Notes under the pieces: generated by a model | Seen by the model: only the letters and a program-made list of their open reading frames with translations | Database searches by the model: none | What the model was told of the DNA's origin: nothing | Position numbers and translations under genes: made by a program | Shown here: positions 10,156 to 24,323 of the stretch, piece after piece | Layout of the letters: the number at the start of each line of letters is the position of its first letter | How positions within the stretch are numbered: position 1 is the stretch's first letter | NCBI GenBank assembly: GCA_025061835.1 | Contig: JANXAC010000001.1 | Location: forward strand, 76,684-140,683 | Length of the DNA: 64,000 bases | Direction of reading: 5' to 3' | From: Spirochaetota bacterium | GTDB lineage: Bacteria > Spirochaetota > Brevinematia > DTOW01

Positions 10156-11499
10156 ATGAACAGAGTTCTAGTAGTAGATGACGAGATAAACATAACCAAA
10201 ACAGTAAAAGAGGTTTTGGAAGATTATGGATTTCAAGTAATAACTCTCAACGATGAACGCAAAGTTATGAATATTCTCAACACCGAGGATATTGATGTAG
10301 TTATATTGGATCTACTGATGCCCTCAAGGAGTGGAATAGAAATTCTAAAGGACATAGTCAGTCAATTCCCTTTAACACCTGTTATAATAATATCTGGACA
10401 TGGAACAATCTCCGCAACAGTTGAGTGTATAAAGGTAGGTGCTTTTGACTTCATTGAGAAACCAATATCAATAGATAAACTTATCAGCACTGTGAGGAAT
10501 GCTGTAAGGTTCAGGGAACTTGAGGTAGAAAAGAGTTATTTATGGAAAGAGTATAAACTCATAGGTTCTTCAGAGCATACAAAGAAAATTCTTGAAACTA
10601 TTGACAGGATTAGTGACAATTCTTCAACGGTTTTAATAACTGGAGAAAATGGTGTTGGTAAAGAGGTTGTTGCTAGATTAATACATCATAAAAGTTCTAG
10701 AAATTCAGAACAGTTTGTAGCAATAAACTGTGCAGCAATTCCAGACTCGCTACTTGAGTCCGAATTATTCGGATATGAAAAAGGTGCTTTCACAGGTGCA
10801 ATATCTTCCAAAAAAGGGAAAATAGAACTCGCAGATAAAGGGACTCTCTTCCTTGACGAGATAGGTGACCTACCTCTACATCTACAACCTAAACTATTGA
10901 GAGTATTACAAGACAAGGTAATAAATAGACTAGGTAGTAATAAGGATATACCTGTTGATATTAGACTTATCTGCTCAACAAACAAAGACCTGAAGAGTAT
11001 GGTGCGTGAAGGTAAATTTAGAGAAGACTTGTTTTACAGAATAAATGTTATACCTATACACATACCACCACTCAGAGAAAGACAAGATGACATAATGGAT
11101 ATAGCCAACTACTATTTGAATGAATTTTCAAATAGTTACAGAAAGAAGATTACTTTTGATGAAAAAGTGATAGAAGTATTCAAAAACTATAGATGGCCAG
11201 GTAATGTAAGAGAATTGAGGAATATCGTTGAGAGACTAGTCATAGTAGCATCTGGAGATAGAATAACCTACCAAGACATTCTCAACTTTACTCCAGAATT
11301 ACTTGACAAAGACTTAACATCTGAATTTAGATTTTTCAACCTACCTTACAAGGATGCAAAGGAAAAGTTTGAGAGAATTTATTTCAATAAGATGCTAGAA
11401 AAGGCAAATGGAAGTATTTCAAAACTTTCAGAACTTACTGATCTTGACAGGACATATCTATATCGTAAGTTAGAGGCTCTCGGTATAAAAGTATTCTGA
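10156..11499 (+). CDS. Sigma-54-dependent response regulator (NtrC/NtrX-type enhancer-binding protein)
   Basis: Receiver domain (VVDDE, LDLLMP), AAA+ Walker A GENGVGKE, intact GAFTGA, LFLDEIG, WPGNVREL, C-terminal Fis-type HTH. Confidence 0.95.
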   Translation: MNRVLVVDDEINITKTVKEVLEDYGFQVITLNDERKVMNILNTEDIDVVILDLLMPSRSGIEILKDIVSQFPLTPVIIISGHGTISATVECIKVGAFDFIEKPISIDKLISTVRNAVRFRELEVEKSYLWKEYKLIGSSEHTKKILETIDRISDNSSTVLITGENGVGKEVVARLIHHKSSRNSEQFVAINCAAIPDSLLESELFGYEKGAFTGAISSKKGKIELADKGTLFLDEIGDLPLHLQPKLLRVLQDKVINRLGSNKDIPVDIRLICSTNKDLKSMVREGKFREDLFYRINVIPIHIPPLRERQDDIMDIANYYLNEFSNSYRKKITFDEKVIEVFKNYRWPGNVRELRNIVERLVIVASGDRITYQDILNFTPELLDKDLTSEFRFFNLPYKDAKEKFERIYFNKMLEKANGSISKLSELTDLDRTYLYRKLEALGIKVF

Positions 11500-11552
11500 T
11501 AGCCTTAAATTGAAATAGGACTACCGACCTCATTCATACTCATACTAGTCTT

Positions 11553-12245
11553 ATGAACTTTGAAATTTTGAACTTAACATTTTCTGCTAGGAGTATTGAC
11601 GAATGTAAAAGGGTTCAGTTAATTATCAAGGATCTTGTTGAAGAAAGGGAACTTGATCTTTCAAAAGTTAGAACTATTGGTGGAGTTGATGTAAGTTATT
11701 GTGGTGATTATGGGATAGGAGTTTTAGTAGTAGCAGATGCTACTAACAACTTCAACATTATTGAACAAGTTGTTAGTAGAAGTAGAATAAGTTTTCCATA
11801 TATTCCTGGTTTTCTTGCGTTCAGGGAGATACCAGTAATAATTGACACTCTAAATCTTGTAAAAGACCTACCTGACATAATAATAGTTGATGGACAAGGT
11901 ATTGCTCATCCTAGAAGGGCTGGTATAGCGACTCATCTAGGAACTATAATTCAGAAACCAACAATAGGTTGTGCTAAATCACTTCTTTATGGGCAATATG
12001 TCGATATTCCTAACATCAAAGGATACGAAGGAAATATAATTGATCCTCTTACAAAGGAGATCATAGGTAAAGTTATAAGAACGAAAGTATCATCAAGACC
12101 AGTCTTTGTATCAGTTGGTAACTACATCAGCCTAAGGCAGTCAGTTGATATTGTTAAAAATTTATCTGATATTGGGAATAATAGGCTACCCCTAGTAACA
12201 TTCCTAGCAGATAAAATTTCAAAATCTGAGAGAAAGAAGCTTTAA
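11553..12245 (+). CDS. nfi: Endonuclease V
   Basis: GGVDVSY, FPYIPGFLAFRE, VDGQGIAHPRRAGIA, IGCAKS, PVFVSVG. Confidence 0.95.
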   Translation: MNFEILNLTFSARSIDECKRVQLIIKDLVEERELDLSKVRTIGGVDVSYCGDYGIGVLVVADATNNFNIIEQVVSRSRISFPYIPGFLAFREIPVIIDTLNLVKDLPDIIIVDGQGIAHPRRAGIATHLGTIIQKPTIGCAKSLLYGQYVDIPNIKGYEGNIIDPLTKEIIGKVIRTKVSSRPVFVSVGNYISLRQSVDIVKNLSDIGNNRLPLVTFLADKISKSERKKL

Positions 12246-13066
12246 TTATCAATTATTATTCCGACTTTACCATTGTAGAATACTTCATAGTTCTCCTCAA
12301 GAGATAGAATTTTTTCGGCAACATTATCTTCAATGACTATGTCCGTCAGATTTTCTCCTTGTATTGCTACAGGGAAAGCATAAAGCACCCTATCACCAAA
12401 GATACCTGTTTTCAGGGCATCTTCAAGAGACCTAAAGAAGTTTATGTATCTACCTTTACCTTTATAGTCAGCATAAGAATATATGATCTTTCCAGACTTT
12501 GATAAGATTTTGACAGAAAGAGATATATTGAATTTATGTTTCTTGGTTGATATTATTAAACCTGTGTATTCTTTAGGTTCTGTTAAATTTACAAATTCCT
12601 TGTATTCTCTTGGCAGAAATGCTAATTTCATAATATCAAAAATACCATTATCTGCGAATATATCTATACTATACCTTGCTAGAACTCTTCCACCAAAATA
12701 CCTAAAGTTTTGAACATTTATCTTCTCTAGGAAGGAGATAATATTCTCTCTTTTCTCTGGGAATGCTGAAAGTATATCCTCAACCATTCTGTTTTCATCA
12801 AATATTATTCTTTTCCGCAATATATCAAAGGCCTCTGAAACTAGTTTTCGTTTCACACTGTAATTCAGTTGGAGTATATCTTGATGGAACGATTTTCCAA
12901 CAAGTGGTAGTTCACTAGATGAGTATTCAATCACGAGAAGTCCTTTAGTCCAGTTTACATAAGAATTTGATGATAGTGTCACTATTACATCAGCACTAGA
13001 ATTTACTGAAAAAATAAGTAGAATAGCAAAAAAACTGAGAAATTTTATAGAAGATATTCTCTTCAT
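12242..13066 (-). CDS. Secreted hypothetical protein
   Basis: Signal peptide; VNWTKG and YTGLII..KILSKSGKIIYS segments; function unknown. Confidence 0.6.
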   Translation of the reverse strand: MKRISSIKFLSFFAILLIFSVNSSADVIVTLSSNSYVNWTKGLLVIEYSSSELPLVGKSFHQDILQLNYSVKRKLVSEAFDILRKRIIFDENRMVEDILSAFPEKRENIISFLEKINVQNFRYFGGRVLARYSIDIFADNGIFDIMKLAFLPREYKEFVNLTEPKEYTGLIISTKKHKFNISLSVKILSKSGKIIYSYADYKGKGRYINFFRSLEDALKTGIFGDRVLYAFPVAIQGENLTDIVIEDNVAEKILSLEENYEVFYNGKVGIIIDN

Positions 13067-13160
13067 CTTTAGAATGTTCGGAATTTGAAGTTAGATTTAT
13101 AGGGTATATTCCAAAAGCAGATAAGAAATTCTAAAAAATACTATATAATAATTAATAAAG

Positions 13161-13278
13161 GTCTGGCGAGTACCTACTTTCCCACCCCGTTGCCAGGGCA
13201 GTATCATCGGCGGTGTGGAGCTTAACTTCCGGGTTCGGAATGGGACCGGGTGTTTCCTCCACCCTATTCCCACCAGAC
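13161..13278 (-). rRNA. rrf: 5S rRNA
   Basis: Minus strand contains CACCCGGTCCCATTCCGAACCCGGAAGTTAAGC and GATGATACT; terminal GTCTGG/CCAGAC helix. Confidence 0.95.
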
Positions 13279-13364
13279 AATAAAACACTCCATCTATACT
13301 AAAGTCGTATAGATAGAGAATTGTTTAATATATTAATTTATATTAACTTTGGTTTATGGCAAGA

Positions 13365-16343
<2,979 letters not shown>

Positions 16344-16370
16344 CCTTTACCATAAACCAAAGATTATTTT

Positions 16371-16381
16371 CTAGAGCAACT
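16371..16381 (-). promoter_or_regulatory. BoxA-like antitermination element (spacer copy)
   Basis: AGTTGCTCTAG just before 23S, identical to the leader copy at 18186-18196. Confidence 0.65.
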
Positions 16382-16400
16382 TCTTCGCTTATAGCCCAGG

Positions 16401-16472
16401 TGGAGGTGAGGGGAATTGAACCCCTGACCTTCTCGGTGCAAGCGAGACGCTCTCCCTCTGAGCTACACCCCC
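16401..16472 (-). tRNA. tRNA-Ala (UGC)
   Basis: G3:U70 identity pair; anticodon arm UCUCG-CU-UGC-AC-CGAGA; in 16S-23S spacer. Confidence 0.97.
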
Positions 16473-16486
16473 ACATCATTACGATG

Positions 16487-16560
16487 TGGGCCCAAGTGGA
16501 CTCGAACCACTGACCTCACGCTTATCAGGCGTGTGCTCTAACCACCTGAGCTATAGGCCC
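16487..16560 (-). tRNA. tRNA-Ile (GAU)
   Basis: GGGCCTATAGCTCAG start; anticodon loop CU-GAU-AA; in 16S-23S spacer. Confidence 0.97.
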
Positions 16561-16617
16561 AAATAGATACAGATAAAGTAAGACGATACATATCTGCCGG
16601 GTTTAATAAGATCACCT

Positions 16618-18117
<1,500 letters not shown>

Positions 18118-18185
18118 AGAATTTATACTCTAATTATGTTTTCCGCACACAACCCGGCAGATACATATAGCCTTACTACTATCTA

Positions 18186-18196
18186 CTAGAGCAACT
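18186..18196 (-). promoter_or_regulatory. BoxA-like antitermination element (rrn leader)
   Basis: AGTTGCTCTAG between the promoter and the 16S processing stem; TGCTCT core; repeated in spacer. Confidence 0.65.
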
Positions 18197-18218
18197 ACCA
18201 TCCTTATAGGTAAATTTA

Positions 18219-18247
18219 ATTATAACACATCCAAAACATACTTTCAA
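18219..18247 (-). promoter_or_regulatory. rrn proximal promoter (P2-like)
   Basis: TTGAAA-N17-TATAAT on minus strand. Confidence 0.8.
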
Positions 18248-18278
18248 CTAAAATTCAACTCATTTTTAGGTAAAAAAA

Positions 18279-18308
18279 ATTATAATAATAAAACACACCA
18301 AAAGTCAA
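18279..18308 (-). promoter_or_regulatory. rrn distal promoter (P1-like)
   Basis: TTGACT-N18-TATAAT on minus strand, 60 bp upstream of P2. Confidence 0.75.
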
Positions 18309-18316
18309 TCTTAATT

Positions 18317-18525
18317 CACTGAAGTTTGGTTAAGAGTTCGGCATTTTTTGTTGAGGAGTACTCTGAATACACCATTTTCATAATTTACCCAAGCAATTCT
18401 CAATCCTCTCTGTAGAAAGTTTTTGATAAAGTGATTTGTGGTTTTTCGTTAGTAATATTTTATTTTTTACCTTTATTTTACGATATAAGAGAGTATTTTT
18501 ACATTAAGCTATTACCAAACTACTC
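18317..18525 (-). repeat. ~210-bp dispersed non-coding repeat, copy 1
   Basis: Reverse complement aligns by hand with 27736-27946 (106/130 identical over the core 18317-18446, plus shared CCTTTATTTTACG and TTACCAAACT blocks). Confidence 0.9.
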
Positions 18526-18582
18526 CACAGAACCTCAGACTAATTAAATTGAATTCTATCATTGATTTTTTTAGAATAATAA

Positions 18583-18918
18583 ATGTTTATGAAATCTCAG
18601 AAGATAGGAGACATACTAGTCATAACCCTAGAAGGAGTGATAAATGTTCAGTCTTCATTAGATCTTGAAGTCCAGTTAAACCTCCTCTTCAATGAGAAAA
18701 GTGCAAAAAAAGTAATATTAGACTTTTCAAATGTCCAGCACATATCTAGTAGTGGCCTAAGAGTTATTGTTAGTTTCTACAAAAGAGTTGTATCAAATGA
18801 TGGGAAATTTGCAATAACATGTTTGAACAACAATATAAAAAAGATTTTCAAAATAGTTGAATTGGACACTGTTTTTGATATCTACGACTCTGTTGATGAG
18901 GCATTATCAAAAATCTAG
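18583..18918 (+). CDS. STAS-domain anti-sigma-factor antagonist (RsbV/SpoIIAA-like)
   Basis: VILDFSNVQHISSSGLR with phosphorylatable Ser; IFKIVELD. Confidence 0.92.
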   Translation: MFMKSQKIGDILVITLEGVINVQSSLDLEVQLNLLFNEKSAKKVILDFSNVQHISSSGLRVIVSFYKRVVSNDGKFAITCLNNNIKKIFKIVELDTVFDIYDSVDEALSKI

Positions 18919-18949
18919 CATGGTATTCTATACACAAGAGGAGTTTAAC

Positions 18950-19966
18950 ATGACTATATTAGAAGTAGGTAATAGAAAGATTACTTCCGATGAGTTTATA
19001 AACACAATGTTTGCACTCCTTTTAGGTCACTCAATATTGGATAATGATATCAACACTAAACTACAAAAGGATGAGATAGAAAAGTTTTCCAAAATTATAT
19101 TTGACTTAACGCTTGAAGATTTAATAACTAGAAATACGATAATTGAATTTTTATCATTCAACAACAAAACAGTTGAGAGCAATTCGTTTGGAGAGCTAGA
19201 TGGAACTTCTCTTAAACAGATGATTACATCAAAACTGGAGTTAATTGGAGGAGTTGAGTTTTCAGATCATCTATCTTCCGATATACTCACAAAGATTATG
19301 AACCAGAACGATACAATATTTAGATACATAGAAAATGAACTAGAACGTTCGGGAACTACCAGTTATGAAAATATCCAAAGATACTACAATTACACTTTCA
19401 AAGGATTTCTGATACTTTCAATATTATTCGCTTCATTACCCAAATTGACACCCAAAAAGGATAAAGATGAACTTGTGAAAAAGATGATGGAAAATGATCC
19501 CAGTGATGTTGAGAAGTTTTACTTAAATGACCCACAGAAAATAGTTTATTACTATGAGAATGTAAACGTATTTAACTACTTCACAAGTAGTGAAGATTTT
19601 GAGAGCTTCAAGATGTATAGGCTCTATGATATATTGGCCGGATTTGGTATCGACCCCGACAATATGGTTCTAGATGAAGATGTCAAAGGGAAACTTATAG
19701 AGATACCAACAGAAAGTAGAGAAAACTTCTACAAATTTACAGAAATTGAATATGAAAAACCTACTTTCAACGATAGTATATATGAATATATGAAGGAAGA
19801 AGTTGTTAAAAACCTTTACGATGAAGCATTTGACAAAATATATGACAGTATATCTGAAAGTGTGAAAATTAAGTATTACGAGGATGAACTAAAAAAACTT
19901 GAGAGGATGATAAGACCTATCTCAAGAAAATGGTTTGAGAATATACATAGAATCTATGATTTTTAA
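18950..19966 (+). CDS. Hypothetical acidic protein (weak SurA/PrsA N- and C-terminal resemblance)
   Basis: GAGGAG SD before ATG 18950; starts ILEVGNRKITSDEF; helical acidic composition. Confidence 0.55.
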   Translation: MTILEVGNRKITSDEFINTMFALLLGHSILDNDINTKLQKDEIEKFSKIIFDLTLEDLITRNTIIEFLSFNNKTVESNSFGELDGTSLKQMITSKLELIGGVEFSDHLSSDILTKIMNQNDTIFRYIENELERSGTTSYENIQRYYNYTFKGFLILSILFASLPKLTPKKDKDELVKKMMENDPSDVEKFYLNDPQKIVYYYENVNVFNYFTSSEDFESFKMYRLYDILAGFGIDPDNMVLDEDVKGKLIEIPTESRENFYKFTEIEYEKPTFNDSIYEYMKEEVVKNLYDEAFDKIYDSISESVKIKYYEDELKKLERMIRPISRKWFENIHRIYDF

Positions 19967-19976
19967 AACAACAGTT

Positions 19977-20918
19977 TTAAACAGATGAAGTTTGGCCATT
20001 TTTATCTCTTACAACTAGTGATAGAATTACGGATACTGTCAGTATTGATACTATTATACCAAATGATAGTAGTGAGTCTATGTGTAAGTGAAAGATTTCT
20101 TTTACTATCATCTTGACACCAATATAAGCAAGTATAACAGACAAACCGTATTTTAAGAACCTGAATAATTTCATTATCCCTGCCAATGCAAAATACATAG
20201 ACCTTAGTCCCATCACAGCATATATGTTTGAAGTATATACTACTAACAAGTTGGTTGATATTCCCAAAACAGCAGGGACCGAATCAATAGCGAACATAAC
20301 ATCAGTTGCCTCAACTAGGATAAGACACAGGAAAAGAGGAGTAGCCCACAATCTTCCGTCTATTTTAGTAAAAAATTTTCCATTAACATAGTCTGGAGTT
20401 ATCCTAAAGACTCTTTTTGCTAACCTATACACAAGTCTCTTCTCAATTTTTCCACTATCCTCCTCTTTTTTAACGAGTAACATAATTGCCGTGTATATCA
20501 AAAGTGCTCCAAATATTATGAAGAGCCATGAAAACTGCTTGACCAAAGCAACACCGAGGACTATAAATATGCCCCTAAATACTATTGCACCAATAACTCC
20601 CCAAAATAATACTTTATGTTGATACTCCTTAGGAACTCTAAAAAATGTGAATATTACAAGAAACACAAACAAATTATCAACACTCAGTGATAATTCAACA
20701 AGATACGCTGTTATGTATTGAACCCCTAAATCTCGTCCTTCAAAACCAAAAATCAGTATAGAGTATAGTAGTGCTGTTGTTATCCAAACTCCTGAAAGTA
20801 TTAATGCTTTCTTAAGCGTTACCTCTTGAGGAGTTCTAAAAAAGACAAACAGATCTAGAAATAATATAGTAAAGAAACTAAACCAAAAAACCAACCACAA
20901 AACTATGTCAATACTCAT
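19977..20918 (-). CDS. TerC-family (Alx-like) membrane protein
   Basis: ELSLSVDNLFVF, DVMFAIDSVPA, YTSNIYAVMGLRSMYF. Confidence 0.95.
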   Translation of the reverse strand: MSIDIVLWLVFWFSFFTILFLDLFVFFRTPQEVTLKKALILSGVWITTALLYSILIFGFEGRDLGVQYITAYLVELSLSVDNLFVFLVIFTFFRVPKEYQHKVLFWGVIGAIVFRGIFIVLGVALVKQFSWLFIIFGALLIYTAIMLLVKKEEDSGKIEKRLVYRLAKRVFRITPDYVNGKFFTKIDGRLWATPLFLCLILVEATDVMFAIDSVPAVLGISTNLLVVYTSNIYAVMGLRSMYFALAGIMKLFRFLKYGLSVILAYIGVKMIVKEIFHLHIDSLLSFGIIVSILTVSVILSLVVRDKNGQTSSV

Positions 20919-22225
20919 TTTTCCTCCTTTGAAAGTTTGAAAATTATAATATTGTGTTGCTTTACAACCTCAACTTTAATCCCTAAAATATCACACAGAG
21001 ACTTTACTATATAGAGCCCCAGTCCACTACCACGTAGCCCCTTGCTATTACTGGCTCTATAAAACTTATCAAATATTTTGTCTAACTCATCGTCACTTAA
21101 GTCACTAGATACATTTGATATAGAAATTTCAAAACCTTTCTCACTTCTAACTTGTATTCTAACCTCCTCACCACTAGGAGAGAATTTAAAAGCGTTGTCT
21201 GTGATATTGAAAAGAATAAGTCTAATTTTCTCCCTATCCTCAAATATCTCTTCCTTACCTTCATATATGGTATTTACTTTAATATTCTTACTTTGATATG
21301 AAGGAACAAGATTGTCAAGAACAGAAGATATGATCTCTTTAAGTGAAAACCACTCCCTATTTATTGATATTTTCTTTGAATGTATATTTGATAGACTCAT
21401 TATATTTGATATAGTGTTTGAAATTCTTGAGATGTTTGAGAGTGCTATACTGACAACCTCTTCGGAAAACGCTCTAGATAGTAGTATGTTTTCCAGAGCC
21501 AGTGATAGATTAGTTATTGGTGTGTTCAGTTCATGCGATATTATGCTTAAGGTTAGTTCGGTGATACTTTCCATATTCTTTTGTTCAGATATGTCAACAA
21601 AATAAATTATTGTCAAATTTCCAGAACTTTTTTGACAGATCCTTATCTTTCTAGACTGTCCTTCAAGCATAATTTCTGTCTCATAGGTTTTGCTGTCCTT
21701 GAAGCCGGATATTTTAAAACTCGTCAGCGGCAAAATTGAAAAGAGTTTTTTACCTATATAACCTTGGGTTAGTTTGAAGAACCTCCGAACAAAGTCGTTG
21801 TAGAACACTATATCTCTCTCTTTGTTAAGTATTATGATACCTATACTATCAATCAGATTTATTACTTTGAGAATATTTTTTTTCATATCCTCTATCTGTC
21901 TACTCTTTCTTATAAGCATTGAGATATTTTTGACTACAAAACTAGGAAATTCCTGAAACGAGGAGAGAGGATAGTATTCCACATTGTTTTTCTTTACGAA
22001 TTCCTCTGCAACATAAATTCCAACTACTATCCTGACAAATATTACGGTGATATAGACAGATAGAACTAACATTAGGATGCTTTCTACGACAAAGATAACA
22101 CTAAGGTAAATCAAATTAATTATCAACTGTGCTACAAATATAACAATGATGGGCAACAGTATGAGTGTTATAATTTTTACTTTCTTATCTGATCGTTGAA
22201 ATATGCTAATTAAGTTTTTAATCAT
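20915..22225 (-). CDS. Membrane sensor histidine kinase (PhoR/WalK-like architecture)
   Basis: Two TM helices, PAS-like region, HisKA SHELNTP, N-box NITDNAFKF, IFDKFYR, GSGLGL. Confidence 0.9.
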   Translation of the reverse strand: MIKNLISIFQRSDKKVKIITLILLPIIVIFVAQLIINLIYLSVIFVVESILMLVLSVYITVIFVRIVVGIYVAEEFVKKNNVEYYPLSSFQEFPSFVVKNISMLIRKSRQIEDMKKNILKVINLIDSIGIIILNKERDIVFYNDFVRRFFKLTQGYIGKKLFSILPLTSFKISGFKDSKTYETEIMLEGQSRKIRICQKSSGNLTIIYFVDISEQKNMESITELTLSIISHELNTPITNLSLALENILLSRAFSEEVVSIALSNISRISNTISNIMSLSNIHSKKISINREWFSLKEIISSVLDNLVPSYQSKNIKVNTIYEGKEEIFEDREKIRLILFNITDNAFKFSPSGEEVRIQVRSEKGFEISISNVSSDLSDDELDKIFDKFYRASNSKGLRGSGLGLYIVKSLCDILGIKVEVVKQHNIIIFKLSKEEK

Positions 22226-22643
22226 TAGGTGTTATTTCAATTATCACTTTCCCGTAATCAACTATATCTCCATCTTTGACTAATATGTTGCTGACTTTAC
22301 CACTTACTGGTGAGGTTATCTCATTCAATACACCGAGAACTTCTATATTACACAATATATCTCCTTTTGACACATTTTTACCTACAGAAGATATTGAATT
22401 ACCTTTCTTATCATTGAGCCTAAATATACCAACGAATGGAGATTTAACTTCTACTTTGGGTAGAGCCTCATCCTGTTCTTGTTGTTCCTCAACTTCGTAA
22501 TGCACAACAGGTTGTTGATACTCAACTATTTCTGAACCATCAGAGAACTTAAGTGTTATCTTTACATCTTTGGTCTTTAAATAGAGTTCTTTTATACCTG
22601 ATGACTTGGCTATTTCTACTATATTCTTTACCTCTTTTATCAT
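22218..22643 (-). CDS. AccB/BCCP-like biotinyl-domain protein lacking the biotinyl-lysine
   Basis: AccB-type N-terminus (IKELYLK), VKSPFVGIF, GDILCNIE, NEITSPVSGKV, GDIVDYG; EAMK replaced by EVLG. Confidence 0.85.
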   Translation of the reverse strand: MIKEVKNIVEIAKSSGIKELYLKTKDVKITLKFSDGSEIVEYQQPVVHYEVEEQQEQDEALPKVEVKSPFVGIFRLNDKKGNSISSVGKNVSKGDILCNIEVLGVLNEITSPVSGKVSNILVKDGDIVDYGKVIIEITPND

Positions 22644-22662
22644 ACTATCCCTCCTTTTAAGA

Positions 22663-23829
22663 TTAGTTTCTAACTATTTCTATAAGTTTCTTACCTATGT
22701 ATGTGTTGTCAAAGATACCAACAAATTGATCGCTACCAGGACCGTAAGAGAAAACAGGAACTAATTCCGCTGTATGATCTTTTGATACAAACCTTATGGT
22801 TGTTGATTTCCCAACAACACCTCCTATTATTCCAACACCACCTGTTTCATGGTCTGATGTAACTATCACGAGTGTATCTTGGTTTGTAATAGCAAAATCA
22901 AGGACTATCCCCACAGTATCATCAAAATCTTTCATCTCTGCAACGATACCTTTTGCGTTGTTGGCATGTGCCTCCCAGTCTATTTGAGAACCTTCAATCA
23001 TAAGGACAAATCCTTTCTGACTCTTTGAAAGGATTTCAAGAGACTTTTTTGTCATCTCCGAAAGAGATACTCTCCTATTACCGCTCACAACAGATGGTAA
23101 GTGCATAGGTTCTAGCAGTGCCAGAAGTTTTTCAAAACCTTTCGTATTATGCTTACTAAAGTCATCGTAATTCGTTATTATGTTATACCCTAATGACCTC
23201 ATAGTATCCAACAAATTCAATTGAACCTTTGGTTCAGTTTTTGTCTCCTCTTGATATCCTTCCTGCGTTGCTGAATGTGTCGTACTTGGAACGAAGAAGG
23301 ATAATCCTCCACCTATAAAGACATCAATCGTCTGATTTGTTGCGAATGTTGCTATCTCCGCTTCGTTACCCCTTGAGCTTACATGCGAATAGAAAACCGC
23401 AGGTGTTGCGTGAGTTATGCTACAAGTTACTACTATACCTGTGTTTTTACCTTTTGTTTTAGCAACTTCCATAACAGTTGGAACAACTGTTCCGTCCGGT
23501 AAGACAGAGATATAGCCATTTTTCGTTTTAAACCCGGTTGCTAGTGCTGTTCCACCCGCACCAGAGTCTGTTATAAGAGATCCATCTGCATGAGTAGTCA
23601 TAAGACCTACGTTCTTGAACCTTGAGATGTTAGCGTTTGTGTTAACAAGATAGTATGCTGATATAGCACCTATTCCCATCCCATCTCCAATCATTATTAT
23701 GATATTTTTAGGTATAGGTTCTTTTTGTGTTTCTTTCTTTTGCGTTTTAGGGTATGATGGTTCAAAAAATAGAACGATAAACAAAACAGAAATTACTATT
23801 TTTGGAAAAGTTTTAGAGTATATCATCAT
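22663..23829 (-). CDS. Alkaline phosphatase (PhoA family), secreted
   Basis: Signal peptide; IGDGMG, TDSGAGGTA (catalytic Ser), THATPA, EGSQIDWEAH, TSDHETGG, DHT. Confidence 0.95.
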   Translation of the reverse strand: MMIYSKTFPKIVISVLFIVLFFEPSYPKTQKKETQKEPIPKNIIIMIGDGMGIGAISAYYLVNTNANISRFKNVGLMTTHADGSLITDSGAGGTALATGFKTKNGYISVLPDGTVVPTVMEVAKTKGKNTGIVVTCSITHATPAVFYSHVSSRGNEAEIATFATNQTIDVFIGGGLSFFVPSTTHSATQEGYQEETKTEPKVQLNLLDTMRSLGYNIITNYDDFSKHNTKGFEKLLALLEPMHLPSVVSGNRRVSLSEMTKKSLEILSKSQKGFVLMIEGSQIDWEAHANNAKGIVAEMKDFDDTVGIVLDFAITNQDTLVIVTSDHETGGVGIIGGVVGKSTTIRFVSKDHTAELVPVFSYGPGSDQFVGIFDNTYIGKKLIEIVRN

Positions 23830-23864
23830 AACATTTTTTGAAAAACATTCCCATCATAGTATAT

Positions 23865-23938
23865 TTGCGGGAGTTGGATTTGAACCAACGACCTCTGGGT
23901 TATGAGCCCAGCGAGCTACCGGACTGCTCTATCCCGCG
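23865..23938 (-). tRNA. Initiator tRNA-fMet (CAU)
   Basis: C1:A72 mismatch; anticodon stem with three G:C pairs (GGG-CU-CAU-AA-CCC). Confidence 0.97.
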
Positions 23939-23949
23939 CTACAATTACA

Positions 23950-23978
23950 ATTATATTAGAAAAAAGAACTCGTTTCAA
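23950..23978 (-). promoter_or_regulatory. Sigma-70-type promoter for tRNA-fMet
   Basis: TTGAAA-N17-TATAAT 11 bp upstream of the tRNA. Confidence 0.8.
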
Positions 23979-24323
23979 ATTAAATTGAGTGTGTTCAAAA
24001 GTATTTTTACAACAGTACTAAATAAGGTAAGAAGAGTAGTTAATCCACGATAACATAACAAAATAATGCTTTCTAGAGATCGCGAATGATACTTATAAGA
24101 TTTAGTATTCTAAGGAAATAAAGCAAACAATTGTTGGTAATTACCGGCAAACGGAGGTGAAATGGAGAGAAACGCTATCCTTTTGTACTAAAGTCTACAG
24201 AAGAACTTAAAGAACAATATAGCAATCATAACCTACATGAATTTGTACTAATTGAAATCTTTTAGTGTGTTAGCAGTAAATAATCTTTTATAATCTAGTA
24301 TCTAAAGACTGGGAGGGGAACAA

